A DNA stretch of 64,000 nt from Octopus sinensis (taxonomy: Eukaryota): positions 113,274,001-113,338,000 of the forward strand of contig NC_043002.1 in NCBI RefSeq assembly GCF_006345805.1, given 5' to 3'. A program made the position numbers and the translations under genes. A model generated the notes under the pieces. It did no database searches. It was not told the DNA's origin and was given only the letters and a program-made list of their open reading frames with translations. This document shows positions 60,790 to 64,000 of this stretch, piece by piece (position 1 is the first letter of the stretch; each line of letters opens with the position of its first letter).

Positions 60790-61130
60790 AATACATACAT
60801 ACGTACATACATACATACATACATACAAACATACATACATACATACATACGTACATACATACATAACTACATACATACACATACAAACATATATACATAC
60901 AAACATAACATACATACATACATACATACATACATACATCCATACATACATACATACATACATACGTGCATACATACATACATACATACGTACATACATA
61001 CATACATACATACATACGTACATACATACATACATACGTACATACATACATACATACATACATACATACATACATACATACATACATACATACATACATA
61101 CATACATACATACGTACATACATAAACAAA
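60790..61130. repeat. (TACA)n microsatellite
   Basis: Direct reading. Confidence 0.95.
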
Positions 61131-62014
61131 CACGCACATTCACACACTTTAAGTAGCTCTGGTAAAATAATTCTTTTTATAAATATTATAAGTGACCATA
61201 GCATAAAAGCAACATTTCAATGCAACTACTTTATTATATAGTCAACAATGAACCTAGAAATAAAGAAAATATCAAATACAATCAACAATTAAAACTTATA
61301 TTAATCTTGAAACACAGAAGTTTGTTGTCAAATAAAACCTTCACCGTCAGGAAAAAAAACTACAAATAATACACGAAAGATGCAAGAAAATTTGAAGGCC
61401 TCCGACCGAATTCGTCAGCAGTTCTGCTGAAGAAATGATATTGTACATTAAAGGTAACTCAAGCCATTGATAATGACTCATAAAGCGCTACTTATACTTA
61501 AGTACGTGAACATCTGGGTTCAATAGAACTATATATGCACTGGAGATTTTCTCCAAAGTCGCTGTGTTAGGTATAAATAAATCTATTTTCATGACAAACA
61601 CTGGCGCCCACCAGGATGGGAATTTTCGACGATGTATTTTTGAGCCTTTACGTATGCTTATGCCTACGCACACACATACACACACATACAGGCACACACA
61701 CGCACGCACATACACGCACACACACAACACACATGCTCGATATTTTAAATGTGTATGTGCGCACGAATGATACACAGAGCTCGCTTTTTACATGATTTGC
61801 GAAGGGAAAAATATCAAAACGATGCTCATACATGCTCGCAGTCAGATGATTGATACAAAAAAAAAACGAGGAACAAATGTAAGTACTCTCAGAGACGCAT
61901 ACATAGATTTATATGCACATATAAATATACAATATATAGATATATATATATATATATATACTCTGGCTTAATGTTTGTACCCCACCTCATATATATATAT
62001 ATATATATATATAT

Positions 62015-62290
62015 AGTCAATCCAAACAAGAACAAGGAAGAGAAAGCAACAACGCGAGGAGGGAGAATAAGTACAATGTCATTGGACGCTCAGGAAAGGA
62101 AAGAAAGAAAGGATTTCACGGTTCGAGCAAAAACGCAATAGAGGACAATAAAACACCCAGGCATAGAGACGATACAAAGACAGACAGGAAAAGCAATATT
62201 TAGAGGGACAGGAAAAAAAGGACGGGTCATTCGTAGTCTTCTTTTGTCAGTCAAGTTACCAGATGTCCTTACAGTTTCGGGCAGTTTATA
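62015..62290. mobile_element. Repeat with H-like left part and D-like right part, between TA tracts
   Basis: Left part matches 45050-45124/45517-45560. Right part GGACGGGTCATTCGTAG..TCAGTCAAG resembles the reverse complement of 34640-34690. Confidence 0.55.
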
Positions 62291-62302
62291 TATACATACA
62301 CA

Positions 62303-62362
<60 letters not shown>

Positions 62363-63164
62363 AAACTCAACTTGTGTGTCTGTGTGTGTATCTGTGTGTG
62401 TGTATGTGTGTTTAACTTCCCGGCACATCTCCTCCTAACCAACAAATCGTAGAACCACCAAAAATGGGTCACTTAAAGTTTAGGCGAATGAAAATTGAGC
62501 TGTGCTATTTCTGTTCTGAAATTCATCTCGCAAGTGCAAAAATCGATAATGTGTTTGTTTAGGCCTTATCCCATGCATTGAATAGTGAACTTTACTCAGC
62601 CAGCTGTTTGACGTGAACAGTGTTCACCACGCGTGCAAGCATGCGTAAACTGCATGAAAAAAAAAATCAAGATATAAAAACGAATCGCCGTAAACATTGT
62701 AGAAATTCGGCAACGAAATGAATTTTCGGGATGTAGCCTGGAGGGTTTTTTCGTATTAATCGTTTGGACTTTGTGAACACATACCAATTGTTTGCATAAC
62801 ATTTTTAACGCTTCGAATTAAATGTGACCATTTTGCGTTGAGTCTGCAGTTTGAATCACTTTAACCAAATTTTAGCTGGCCGGATTTTTGATCATCACGA
62901 CTCCCTGAAACTTATAAATTTATATAAATAAGGATAAGATCGTTATTTAATATACCGGTCTTATCAGGTGGCCAGCATGGGAATAAAAACATTCAACGGT
63001 AATAATTATTATTAAAATTATAATTAAGGGTATCTAAGAGTTACCACCACGCTTGAAATAGCAGCCAAAACTTGACTCTAAAACCGCATTACATGTTCAT
63101 ACAGCACCTGATATCTATTAGATCGCCTAACTTATAATTTTACATAAATACGCATATATATTAT

Positions 63165-63632
<468 letters not shown>

Positions 63633-64000
63633 AGGCAAGGAAAAATTGTAAAAATGCAGAATGCTCGATTGAAAGAAAAAATTTTAATGAAAGGAAGAAA
63701 GAAAATGAAAAATATATAATATATATTTATTCAAACCGGTTTTCGTCATAGTTTGACATATCAAGAATAGTTAGGTGAAAAGGTTTTTTAAAAATGAGAA
63801 GGGGGAAAAAAAGTTGCATTGTTTTTTGCAAAAGAATAATAATAAATATGTATAAAAATTAAAAAATAAGTTCTCCGATACATTGTGAGTTCGTTGTGTA
63901 TCTTGAGTTTAATGATTGTTCATGAAAAAAATTACCTTGAGGTTTAGGATCCAATGGGATTAAGGCCATGTGTTGTTTGGTTTAATTTAGGATGTTGGTT

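Noticed and set aside
61350-61780. Possible exon (AG..GT at 61351-61453), minus-strand ORF, and PBS-like TGGCGCCCA at 61602
   Set aside because: The exon has stops in all frames, the ORF start lies in a microsatellite, and there is no LTR next to the PBS-like motif.
62459-62840. Weak inverted repeats suggesting a MITE
   Set aside because: Arms are short and gapped, there is no TSD, and it is single copy in this window.

Overview
AT-rich, repeat-saturated animal genomic DNA with no recognisable host protein-coding exon. The repeat repertoire (tRNA-derived SINEs with internal microsatellites, dense TACA/TA/GATA/AAT tracts) looks like an octopus genome; this is inference from recalled repeat families, not a search. 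Nearly all ORFs in the supplied track are microsatellite or SINE read-through artefacts. The real coding remnants are all from transposons: a near full-length two-ORF CR1-type LINE (~9.85-14.15 kb, two frameshifts), a second CR1-type 3' fragment, three 5'-truncated Tx1/L1-clade copies plus further Tx1-like tails, an ORF1-only L1/Tx1-like element, an R4/Dong 3' end, an internally deleted MULE with TIRs and TSD, several Tc1/mariner remnants, a Helitron helicase 3' end and three non-autonomous Helitrons. At least five SINE families are present; my working labels are A, B, C, G and HH. The most interesting pattern is a network of target-specific and partner-dependent retroposition. (1) Four insertions from two kinds of element sit at exactly the same nucleotide (GGTAA^GWAGCTTG) in the tRNA-like head of SINE A. 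(2) A Tx1 family sits in (GATA)n tracts. (3) SINE A and SINE C share 3' tails with LINEs present in this window, with a compensatory hairpin in the SINE A case. (4) A tRNA-headed composite SINE carries a minimal hammerhead-ribozyme motif. (5) One Tx1 copy has a perfect 76-bp fold-back at its 5' junction. Coordinates were read by eye, and element ends without TSD/TIR support are approximate (+/-10-30 nt). A 100-N assembly gap lies at 57490-57589.
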